From Vicinamibacteria bacterium (lineage in GTDB: Bacteria > Acidobacteriota > Vicinamibacteria > Vicinamibacterales > CAVVIG01), in contig JBGPKK010000004.1 in NCBI GenBank assembly GCA_041485905.1, positions 1,525 to 65,524 of the forward strand: DNA of 64,000 bases, given 5' to 3'. Positions 44,689 to 52,609 of this stretch are shown here, piece after piece (the stretch's first letter is position 1; the number at the start of each line of letters is the position of its first letter). The notes beneath the pieces were generated by a model. The model saw only the letters and a program-made list of their open reading frames with translations. It did not search any database and was not told where the DNA came from. The translations under genes were made by a program, and so were the position numbers.

Positions 44689-45687
44689 ATGCCAACGATG
44701 GGCTCGCACGCAAACACAACCGATGAAGCGAGATCCGGCCGCCTATCGCCGGCAGACGAGGCGTGGAGCCTTGCGGTGGCCGCGGCCGAGAGCGCCGAGC
44801 GACTGGCAGACGCCGGACAGTTTGCGGCGTTTGCGCTGAACGACGTCTCGCAGTTGCAAGCCGTGCCCGCCGGACATCCCGATGCGCTCATCACGTGGCG
44901 TCCCGGTGTCGGCTGGGAGACGCCCTTGCCGACCAACGATGCGCGCTACGCGCTCATCGATTTGTATCTACCCATCTGTAGCGCGACCGCCGCGAGACCG
45001 ATGACCGTCGGCCATCTCGGCCAGAGCCTCGACGGTTTCATCGCGACGCACGCGGGCGAGTCGCAATTCGTCACCGGCCGCGAAAACATCCTGCACCTGC
45101 ATCGGATGCGCGCGCTGTGCGACGCGGTCGTCGTCGGCGCCGGCACCGTGGCCGCCGACGATCCGCAGCTCACCACGCGGCTCGTCCCCGGTCCGAATCC
45201 GGTGCGCGTCGTCTTCGATCCCACCCGCAGGCTGGCGTCCACGTATCGCGTGTTCACCGACGACCTGGCTCCGACACTCTACGCGTGCGGCCGCTCGCTG
45301 ATATCCCCGGGCGAGAGTCATGTCGGCTGCGCCACAATCGTTCCGCTGGACGATGACGGCGACGTGTCGGTCGTGAACCTGCTGCACGTCCTGCACGACC
45401 GCGGCTTCACGCGGATCTTCGTGGAAGGCGGCGGCATCACCGTCTCCGCGTTTCTCGAAGCGAACCTGCTCGATCGACTGCACGTGGCCATCGCGCCGCT
45501 CTTTATCGGCGACGGGCGGCCGGCGATCCGCCTGCCCGCGCGCGCCACCCTCAGCGACTGCCACCGTCCAAGGTACCGCGTGTTCCGCATGGGCGGCGAC
45601 GTCCTGTTTGACTGCGATCTCGCCTCGCCCGGAGACGACACCGACGAGGCTGGACCCGACGGCCCACCCATCACGCGGGTAATCTAA
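44689..45687 (+). CDS. RibD C-terminal domain (pyrimidine reductase/DHFR-like) protein with an N-terminal extension of about 105 aa
   Basis: GQSLDGFIAT, LRALCDAVVVGAGTVAADDPQLTTR, IFVEGGGITVSAFL, HVAIAPLFIGDG motifs. Confidence 0.8.
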   Translation: MPTMGSHANTTDEARSGRLSPADEAWSLAVAAAESAERLADAGQFAAFALNDVSQLQAVPAGHPDALITWRPGVGWETPLPTNDARYALIDLYLPICSATAARPMTVGHLGQSLDGFIATHAGESQFVTGRENILHLHRMRALCDAVVVGAGTVAADDPQLTTRLVPGPNPVRVVFDPTRRLASTYRVFTDDLAPTLYACGRSLISPGESHVGCATIVPLDDDGDVSVVNLLHVLHDRGFTRIFVEGGGITVSAFLEANLLDRLHVAIAPLFIGDGRPAIRLPARATLSDCHRPRYRVFRMGGDVLFDCDLASPGDDTDEAGPDGPPITRVI

Positions 45688-46494
45688 GTCTTGCGCGTCG
45701 CTCCGAAGAAGAGCTCCACGCGATTTATGACCAGAGCGATGTGGACCAGTACGATTCAGCTGCGCATAGACGTCGCCAGGGCGCCGCTGCGCGGCAGGCG
45801 TGCGCAGGCTGGCCATCAGCCCTCGTTCGTCGAGCCACGTGCTCTCAGCGAGCCGGGAGGACTCACCCACCGACCAGTTGAAGCGATACGGGCCGAGAGC
45901 CGTCAGACGTGTCAGGCACGGCTGGACGTGGTCGAGCCCGCGAGGGAGATATTCGAACGACAGCGCCGGCACCGCCTGCGTGAGGCCGGCGAGCACCGCC
46001 GGCTCGCCGCCTTCGACGTCGATTTTGACGAAGGCCGGCACGCCGAATCGCGCGATCAATCGATCGAGCGTCGTCATCTCAACGTCGATACGGCGATTCC
46101 AGCGCACGCGGGCGAAGTCCGGGTCGCGCGATCGCGCGTCGCGCCACTCGAGCGCCAGCGTCGTCACCGTGGGTGTGCGTTCGCTGATCGACAGAGAGGA
46201 CTGCCCGGGCGCATCGCCGACCGCCGCCTCGACGACCTCGACGCTCGCCGTGCGGGCGAACAGCGTCCGCAGCACGGCGGCGAAATCCGGCTGCGGCTCG
46301 ACCGCGATGACGCGGCAACCGAGCGAGGCCAACGCGCGGACGCGATTCCCGACGTGGGCGCCGATGTCGAAGACGAGATCGCCCGGTGTGACGAACTGTG
46401 CATACAAGCGACGCAGACGCCGCTGACGCAGCGGAATCGCGTGATAGATCGCGAGAGAACGCAGGAGGCCGACGGCCCGGTCGAACCGACTCAT
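44968..46494 (-). CDS. FkbM family SAM-dependent methyltransferase. Homology covers only the first 250 codons or so (about 45745..46494); the ORF then continues antisense through the RibD_C gene.
   Basis: FDIGAHVGN, VIAVEPQP, KIDVEGGE motifs. ATGA overlap with the upstream gene. There is no stop codon until 44968. Confidence 0.7.
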   Translation of the reverse strand: MSRFDRAVGLLRSLAIYHAIPLRQRRLRRLYAQFVTPGDLVFDIGAHVGNRVRALASLGCRVIAVEPQPDFAAVLRTLFARTASVEVVEAAVGDAPGQSSLSISERTPTVTTLALEWRDARSRDPDFARVRWNRRIDVEMTTLDRLIARFGVPAFVKIDVEGGEPAVLAGLTQAVPALSFEYLPRGLDHVQPCLTRLTALGPYRFNWSVGESSRLAESTWLDERGLMASLRTPAAQRRPGDVYAQLNRTGPHRSGHKSRGALLRSDAQDLDYPRDGWAVGSSLVGVVSGRGEIAVKQDVAAHAEHAVPWTVAVAEGGARGQADRRPPVADKERRDGHVQSIEQVRFEKRGDGDAAAFHEDPREAAVVQDVQQVHDRHVAVIVQRNDCGAADMTLARGYQRAAARVECRSQVVGEHAIRGRQPAGGIEDDAHRIRTGDEPRGELRIVGGHGAGADDDRVAQRAHPMQVQDVFAAGDELRLARVRRDETVEALAEMADGHRSRGGRATDG

Positions 46495-47324
46495 CGGCCA
46501 GCGCGCGGCAGCCAGGCCGCCAGGTCCTCATGGCAGACAATCACACGCGAAGAGCCGCTCTCGACGTGTGCGAGCCGCCGCGCCAGCCAGTCGTGAATCA
46601 CAGTCGACTGCTCGGGCGCGATTTCGGCGGCCGCGTCCGCCCACCCTTCGATCAGCTGCCGCTGCAGTTCGCGCGCTTCGGGCGGCAACACCCAGTCGCT
46701 CGCGTCCCGCCGAACGTGATAGCCAGCTTCGGCAAAACAGCGTGCCGCGCATGCCGCCGCGTCGGGACCGGCTGCCGGGCCGCCCAGCCCCTTGTCGGTC
46801 TTCTGATGCCGATTCATGAGCTCCCGAATCGCGTCGTCCTCCGGTTCGGCAGGTGAGCAGCGGAACTGGCCGTTATAGGTGAGCGCGAACAGCGCCGCCG
46901 CGCCGCTCTCGCGGCATCGAGCGGCCAGCGTGCGCAGCCAGGCTTCTGACACCAGGTCCAGCAACGCCGACGCGGTCACGAGATGGCGGCCGGAGAAGAT
47001 GTCCGCATCCGCGAGCGCTCCGAGGTCCACGCGCCGCGTTTCGGCGCCGAGGTCGCTCCCGCCCGCGTTCGCCCACGCAGACATCCGCGCCGGCACTTCC
47101 GCAAGCAATACCGGATCGCGATCGACGACCAGCCAATGTTGCGGATCCGGCAGACGACCAGTCAGATACCGGACGTTGGATCCTGTGCCGGTCGCCAGAT
47201 CGAGCACGCGCAACGGGCGGTCGGCTGAGAGCACACCGGCAACCGCCTCCGTCAGTGCTGTCGACCGCGCCGCGACATCGGCAGGCTCGCGCAGCGCGAG
47301 CCAGTTAGAGAGGGAATCGGCCAT
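46491..47324 (-). CDS. Class I SAM-dependent methyltransferase
   Basis: Met 148 of ORF 46491..47765 (MADSLSNWLALREP...). VLDLATGTGSN motif I. Confidence 0.75.
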   Translation of the reverse strand: MADSLSNWLALREPADVAARSTALTEAVAGVLSADRPLRVLDLATGTGSNVRYLTGRLPDPQHWLVVDRDPVLLAEVPARMSAWANAGGSDLGAETRRVDLGALADADIFSGRHLVTASALLDLVSEAWLRTLAARCRESGAAALFALTYNGQFRCSPAEPEDDAIRELMNRHQKTDKGLGGPAAGPDAAACAARCFAEAGYHVRRDASDWVLPPEARELQRQLIEGWADAAAEIAPEQSTVIHDWLARRLAHVESGSSRVIVCHEDLAAWLPRAGR

Positions 47325-48372
47325 CAGTCGCCACGCGTTCGAGCACCGCCGCCATCTTATCGAACGCCGCATCCCACATCGGCAGTCGATCGCGCGCACG
47401 CCGCGCGCCCTCCGCAAGACGATCGCGGACGCGCGCATCGCCGAGCACGCGCGACAGCGCTTTGGCCAATGCCTCGACGTCGCCCGGCGGCGCCAACAGG
47501 CCCGCGTCACGCCCGACGAGGTCGGGGATCGCGCCGGTGGTCGTGCTGATGACGGGCAGCCCGCGGGCCAGCGCTTCGGCGACGGCCATCCCGTAGGTCT
47601 CATGCAGCGTCGCCAGCACGAACAGATCCGCGCGGTCGTAGGAGACGTCCAATCTCGCGGCATCCTGTTCGCCGACCAGCGAGACGCGATCCTCCAGGCC
47701 GCCTTCCCCCAACCGAGCACGCAGTCGCTCGACGGTCGGCGGATGCCGATCGAGGCTGCCAACACAGGTCAGCCGCCAGTTGCGATGCGGAACCCTGGCG
47801 AGCGCGCGCAGCAGAATCTCGTGCCCCTTCCCCGGAGTGAGTGACGCAACCGATAGCAGGTGCGGCAACGGCCCCCCAGAGCCGCGCGCCAGCGGCACGC
47901 GGTCGGTGCCGGGCTCGACAATCGCAATCCGATCAGGTCGGACGCCGTAATCCGCCAGCGCGGCGACCGTCGTGCTGCCGGTCACGACCACGTGGCTCAC
48001 GGCCGCAAGCGCGCGCCGCTCGGTCACCTTCAATCGCGCCGCGGTGTCCGGGTCGATGCCGATTTGGGCGGCCAGCGGCAGATGGACGAGCGCAACGATT
48101 CGCAGGCGCGACGATTGCCGTTCGATCTCGTCGGGAAGAGCCCCGAGCGCGAGGCCATCGACCAGGACCGTCGCGCCGTCAGGGATCTCCGCGAGCACAC
48201 GCGCCGCGTGGTCCCGCGCCGCTGCTGCAGGGAACGGGAAGCTGCCGTCGAGCTCCCGCACGACCACTGACCAGCCAAGGGCGCGGAGCCCCGCTGCCAT
48301 GCGTCTGTCGTACGCGTATCCGCCGGTCAGGCTCTCCAGGGAGCCCGGAACAATGAGCACGAGTGATCTCAT
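47305..48372 (-). CDS. Glycosyltransferase, GT4 (GT-B) family
   Basis: LSVASLTPGKGH and HETYGMAVAEALARGLPVIST (E-x7-E region). Confidence 0.85.
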   Translation of the reverse strand: MRSLVLIVPGSLESLTGGYAYDRRMAAGLRALGWSVVVRELDGSFPFPAAAARDHAARVLAEIPDGATVLVDGLALGALPDEIERQSSRLRIVALVHLPLAAQIGIDPDTAARLKVTERRALAAVSHVVVTGSTTVAALADYGVRPDRIAIVEPGTDRVPLARGSGGPLPHLLSVASLTPGKGHEILLRALARVPHRNWRLTCVGSLDRHPPTVERLRARLGEGGLEDRVSLVGEQDAARLDVSYDRADLFVLATLHETYGMAVAEALARGLPVISTTTGAIPDLVGRDAGLLAPPGDVEALAKALSRVLGDARVRDRLAEGARRARDRLPMWDAAFDKMAAVLERVATDGRFPL

Positions 48373-48417
48373 GACGCGGGCGTCTTGTTCTTCGTGGCCT
48401 TTGTGGTTCGAAAAGTC

Positions 48418-48831
48418 CTAGGACTGGTTCTCGATTCGCGCGTCGTACGCCGCCCACGCGACGTGGGATTCGTGCAGGGTCACGCGCAGGCTCTCGATCG
48501 TGCCCGCCGACGGTCCCAGTTTGCCGCGGCGAATCGCCACGACGATGCCGTCGAAAACCGCCCGCGCCAGAAACTCCGTGGTGGTGTTGCGTCCCTGGAA
48601 GGCCGTGACTTCGTCCAGGTTGCGGAAGTTCATCTCGGAGAGGACCGCGTGCAGCGCCTCCCCCGCGCGGGCGATGTCGACCACGACGCCGTCGGCATCG
48701 AGATCCGGCCGCCGAAACTCGACGTCGACGACGAACGTCGCGCCGTGGAGCCGCTGCGCCGGTCCGAACGCATCGCCGGTGAAGCTGTGCGCGATCATGA
48801 AGTGGTCGCGTACGGATACGCTGTACATCAC
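48418..48831 (-). CDS. 6-pyruvoyl-tetrahydropterin synthase / QueD family protein, divergent active-site motif
   Basis: DHFMIAHSF, RLHGATFVVDVEF, TTEFLARAVF, LHESHVAWAAY follow the PTPS fold pattern. The usual CxxxHGH is replaced by AQRLHGA. Confidence 0.8.
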   Translation of the reverse strand: MMYSVSVRDHFMIAHSFTGDAFGPAQRLHGATFVVDVEFRRPDLDADGVVVDIARAGEALHAVLSEMNFRNLDEVTAFQGRNTTTEFLARAVFDGIVVAIRRGKLGPSAGTIESLRVTLHESHVAWAAYDARIENQS

Positions 48832-48852
48832 AAACTCCTCGTCAGCTATCAG

Positions 48853-49827
48853 CTACGAATATCTGATCCGATGGCACAACGTGTCGCCGGGTCGTTCGGC
48901 GATGTCAGCCATCACTCGCGGCAAGTCCTCGAATTCGCTCTCGCCCGTGATCAGCGCATCGAGCGCGGGATCGGCGAGCGATGCGAGCGCGAGCTGCATC
49001 CGCCGCCGCGTGTCCCACCGCGCCCGCTGCGAGGGGGCGACGCGTCCCACCTGTGACGATTTCAGCGTGAGTCGCCGCGAATGAAAATCCCGGCCGAGAG
49101 CGACCGGCACCATCTGATCGCCGTACCAGCTCAATTCGGCGATCGTTGCTTCGAATCCCGCCACTCGCAGGGCCAGCTCGAGCCCCGCCGCCGAGCCGCT
49201 CGCGTGAATCACGACGTCGGCTCCTTCCGAGGCGGTCTCCGGCCGAGCGAAACCGACACCAAGCGCGCGCGCCATCGCCGCGCGGTTCGCGTTGATGTCG
49301 ACGAGCTCGACGTCGCAGCCCGGGATGCGCCCCGCCAGCCACGCGACCAGGCAGCCGACGGTGCCGGCGCCGATGACCGTCACGCGATCGCCAATCTGCG
49401 GCCCGACATCCCACAACCCGTTGATGGCAGTCTCGAGGTTGGCGGCCAGTACAGCGCGTGCCGGCAGCAGCCCATCGGGCAGGACGTACACCGATCGCGC
49501 AGGCACGACGTACCGCGTCTGGTGGGGATACAACACGAACACGCAGCGGTCCTGCAGGTCAGCCGGCCCACGTTCGACCTGCCCCACGCTGGCATACCCG
49601 TATTTGATGGGCGCCGGAAATGTTCCCACCTGAAACGGCGCGCGCATGCGTTCGTACTCGCTGACCGGCACGCCTCCTCGAAACACGAGCGCCTCAGTCC
49701 CCCTGCTGATGCCGCTGTACAACGTTCGGACGACGATGTCGTCGGCCGACGGCTGCGGCAGCGTCTCGGCGCGGATTTCGCCGCGCCCCGGAGCCGCGAT
49801 CCAAAACGCTCGGGCGTGCTCAACCAT
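48853..49827 (-). CDS. Zinc-type MDR dehydrogenase (BchC-like)
   Basis: Met 73 of ORF 48853..50043. YSGISRGTE and GAGTVGCL (Rossmann) motifs. Confidence 0.8.
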   Translation of the reverse strand: MVEHARAFWIAAPGRGEIRAETLPQPSADDIVVRTLYSGISRGTEALVFRGGVPVSEYERMRAPFQVGTFPAPIKYGYASVGQVERGPADLQDRCVFVLYPHQTRYVVPARSVYVLPDGLLPARAVLAANLETAINGLWDVGPQIGDRVTVIGAGTVGCLVAWLAGRIPGCDVELVDINANRAAMARALGVGFARPETASEGADVVIHASGSAAGLELALRVAGFEATIAELSWYGDQMVPVALGRDFHSRRLTLKSSQVGRVAPSQRARWDTRRRMQLALASLADPALDALITGESEFEDLPRVMADIAERPGDTLCHRIRYS

Positions 49828-49873
49828 AGGGGCCAGGCTTGGAGGGGTACAATGCCACAATTCCCCGAGACAC

Positions 49874-50632
49874 ATGATCGACCCTGGCTGGCGGTTTCCG
49901 GACGCGCCCCTGCGCGCGAGTGTGGTCACGACCGGCGCGGCCGGATTGATCGCGGTTGTCGCGGTCGCGTCGATGATGCACATGAGCCTGCCGCTCGGCG
50001 AGCTGTATCCCGTGAAGGCCGCCGCCCTGTTTGGCGTCGGCATGCTGATCGCGATCGGGTTCGTGCGCGATCATCACCCGTTCGCGCGGTTCGGGCCGGC
50101 CAACACGGCAACGACCGCTCGTGCGATGCTCGTGGCGCTGGTGGCAGGCATGGTCGGCGAACGCGGGATGCCGCCCGTGGCCGTCGCCGCGGCCGGCGTC
50201 GCGCTGGCCGCCACGGCGCTCGACGGACTGGACGGCTGGCTCGCGCGCCGCACGGGGATGATCACCGATTTCGGCGCCCGGTTCGACATGGAAACCGACG
50301 CGGTGCTGATCATGGTGCTGGCGATCCTCGCCTGGCGGTTTGGAAAGGCCGGCGCGTGGGTCCTCCTGTGCGGGTTGCTGCGGTACCTCTTTGTTGCAGC
50401 CGGCTGGTGGTGGCCCTCGCTCCGACAGCCGCTTCCGCCGAGTCTCCGCCGGAAGGCGATCTGCGTCGTCCAGGTCGTCGGCCTGGGCCTGGCGATCGTG
50501 CCGGCGATCACACGGCCGGCCAGCACCCTGGTGGCTGCGATCACGCTGGCGGCGCTCTGCTACTCGTTTCTCGTGGATGTAAGGTGGCTGGTGCTGCAGC
50601 CGCTAACGGTAGGCCGGACCTTATCAGGCTAG
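49874..50632 (+). CDS. CDP-alcohol phosphatidyltransferase family protein
   Basis: DGLDGWLARRTGMITDFGARFDMETDA equals the D-G-x2-A-R-x8-G-x3-D-x3-D motif. Several TM helices. The start is Met 77 of ORF 49646..50632. Confidence 0.8.
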   Translation: MIDPGWRFPDAPLRASVVTTGAAGLIAVVAVASMMHMSLPLGELYPVKAAALFGVGMLIAIGFVRDHHPFARFGPANTATTARAMLVALVAGMVGERGMPPVAVAAAGVALAATALDGLDGWLARRTGMITDFGARFDMETDAVLIMVLAILAWRFGKAGAWVLLCGLLRYLFVAAGWWWPSLRQPLPPSLRRKAICVVQVVGLGLAIVPAITRPASTLVAAITLAALCYSFLVDVRWLVLQPLTVGRTLSG

Positions 50633-50660
50633 AAGCAGGCCGGACTCTATTAGGTCCGGC
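50611..50660. terminator. Hairpin between convergent genes (GCCGGAC-N8-GTCCGGC, with an extra direct AGGCCGGAC copy)
   Basis: AGGCCGGAC at 50611 and 50637, with the inverted copy at 50652-50660. A 9-bp outer stem or a 7-bp inner stem is possible. It overlaps the stop at 50630-50632. Confidence 0.45.
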
Positions 50661-50669
50661 GAGCTGATC

Positions 50670-50903
50670 TCAGACCGACGACTGCAGATGCCCGAGCTTG
50701 TCTTTCTTGGTCTGCAGGTAGCGTCGCGACGAGTCTGACGCCGGAATTTCAATTGGCAGCCGCTCGCAGAGCGACAGTCCATCGCCGGTAACGCCGGCCA
50801 GCTTCCGCGGGTTGTTGCTGAGCAGCCGAACCCGACGGACGCCCAGATCACGGAGCATCTGCACGCTCATCCGATAGTCGGGAGGACGTGAGCGAAGTGT
50901 CAA
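50670..50903 (-). pseudogene. ribA: C-terminal fragment of GTP cyclohydrolase II (ribA remnant)
   Basis: DYRMSVQMLRDLGVRRVRLLSNNPRKLAGVTGDGLSLCERLPIE...RRYLQTKKDKLGH matches only the last 75 aa or so of RibA. The zinc/catalytic N-terminal two thirds are absent in every frame upstream, where the sulfatase-like gene begins. Confidence 0.6.
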
Positions 50904-52534
50904 CTCAGAACGACCGACGGAGCTGGACCGTGCTCGCGGTCGCGCTCGTGCTCCTCGATCTGTCGCTCACCTTCAGCAACATCTGGCCGACGCCGGCTGT
51001 TGGCTGGCGCGGTGAATTGTCTGTGGAAGTCGCCGCGTGCCTGCTCGTGATGGCGATCGCCGCCCGGTTCGGCACCCCGGGGGCCCCGGGGGCGCTATCG
51101 CGCGCGGTGCTCCGAACCCTGGCCCCGTTGTGGGTGCTGCTCGTGCTCGGGCGGTACGCGGCGGTCACCGCGCCTGCCCTTTACGGGCGCGACATCAATC
51201 TTTACTGGGACGTGCGGCACGTATCGGCGGTGGCAGCGATGTTGGCGCGCGCCGCCTCTCCCGGCCTCGTCTTCCTCGTGGTCGCCGCAGCTGTGCTCGT
51301 TCCGCTTCTGCTCTACGCCGTGCTGCGGTGGGCGCTCCGGCGGGTGAGCGACGCGATGAGCCGCCCGCGCGAACGCCGTGTGCTGGAACTCGTGGCGACT
51401 CTCGTCGTGCTGTGGTTCATCGGTCAGCGGCTCGACGGCCGCTTCCCTGTCGTGCCCCGGTTCGCGACGCCGGTCACGCAAGTCTATGCGCGACAGGCGC
51501 GGCTGCTTGTCGGCGAGCTGACGGCCCGGAACGCCAAGACGCTCGGTCCCACACCGGTTGTTGATTCCGATCTGTCGCGCGTCAAAGGCGCCGATGTCTT
51601 CCTCATCTTCATCGAGTCCTACGGTGCGGTCACCTACGATCGGCCGGCGTTTGCCGAGTATCTGGCACCCGTGCGCGCGAAACTGGACGCCGACATCCGC
51701 GCATCGGGCCGCGAGGTGGTCTCCGCGTACGTCGAGTCGCCGACCTTCGGCGGGAACTCGTGGCTGGCACATATCAGCCTGCTGTCCGGTGTGGAAGTGC
51801 GCGACGAGGACACCAACGTCCTGCTGATGGCGCAAAAGCGCGAGACGCTGGCGACCACCTTCGCGCGTCACGGTTACCGGACAGTCGCGCTCATGCCGGG
51901 CCTGCAACAGAGCTGGCCGGAAGGCAGCTTCTACGGGTTCAACGAGATCTATGGCACCGATCGGCTCGACTACCATGGACCGGACTTCGGCTGGTGGAGC
52001 CTGACCGATCAGTTCGCGTTGGCCCGCTTCGACAAGTTGGAGGTCGCGGCGCGAGCACGCGCTCCGTTGTTCGTGTTTTTCCCCACCATCAGCACGCACA
52101 CGCCGTTCAGCCCCACGCCCCCGTACCAGCCTGATTGGGAGCGCATGTTGACGAAGGACCCGTACGACGCCGCCGCTCTGGATGCCGCGTGGGCCGACAC
52201 GCCGGACTGGCTGAATCTGGGCCCGAGCTATGTGCGTGCGGTGGCGTATGCCTTTGGTTCGCTTGGCGGATATCTGCGGCTGCGCGCGGATCGCGATTTC
52301 GTCATGATCCTGCTGGGCGATCATCAGCCGCCGGCGGCCGTCACCGGCGAGGGCGCGCGGTGGGACGTACCGGTACACGTCATCGCGAGCCGCAAGCAGG
52401 TGCTCGATCGGCTGCTCGCGCGCGGGTTTCGACCAGGGCTGGCGCCCGCGTCCCCCGCCATCTCGCGGATGCACGAGCTGCTGCCGGTCCTGCTCGGCGC
52501 GTTCGGAGACCGGGAGCGAGCCGGCGTGTTCTAG
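50888..52534 (+). CDS. Membrane-anchored sulfatase-like (LTA synthase / alkaline-phosphatase superfamily) transferase
   Basis: N-terminal TM block, then FLIFIESYG, TFGGNSWLAH, FFPTISTHTPF, LGDHQPP. Confidence 0.75.
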   Translation: MSEVSTQNDRRSWTVLAVALVLLDLSLTFSNIWPTPAVGWRGELSVEVAACLLVMAIAARFGTPGAPGALSRAVLRTLAPLWVLLVLGRYAAVTAPALYGRDINLYWDVRHVSAVAAMLARAASPGLVFLVVAAAVLVPLLLYAVLRWALRRVSDAMSRPRERRVLELVATLVVLWFIGQRLDGRFPVVPRFATPVTQVYARQARLLVGELTARNAKTLGPTPVVDSDLSRVKGADVFLIFIESYGAVTYDRPAFAEYLAPVRAKLDADIRASGREVVSAYVESPTFGGNSWLAHISLLSGVEVRDEDTNVLLMAQKRETLATTFARHGYRTVALMPGLQQSWPEGSFYGFNEIYGTDRLDYHGPDFGWWSLTDQFALARFDKLEVAARARAPLFVFFPTISTHTPFSPTPPYQPDWERMLTKDPYDAAALDAAWADTPDWLNLGPSYVRAVAYAFGSLGGYLRLRADRDFVMILLGDHQPPAAVTGEGARWDVPVHVIASRKQVLDRLLARGFRPGLAPASPAISRMHELLPVLLGAFGDRERAGVF

Positions 52535-52609
52535 ACTCGCCCGCTTATCGTGGGTAATGGGGTAAAATCCGCCTATCGGATAAGCCGAACGATAAAGAAA
52601 GAATCCATT

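Noticed and set aside
48415-48424. GTCCTAGGAC 10-bp palindrome at the PTPS-like stop codon, and the TTCGTGG/TTTGTGG repeats at 48390-48410
   Set aside because: The elements are short and isolated, and the similarity to the other repeat units is marginal. There is not enough to claim a feature.
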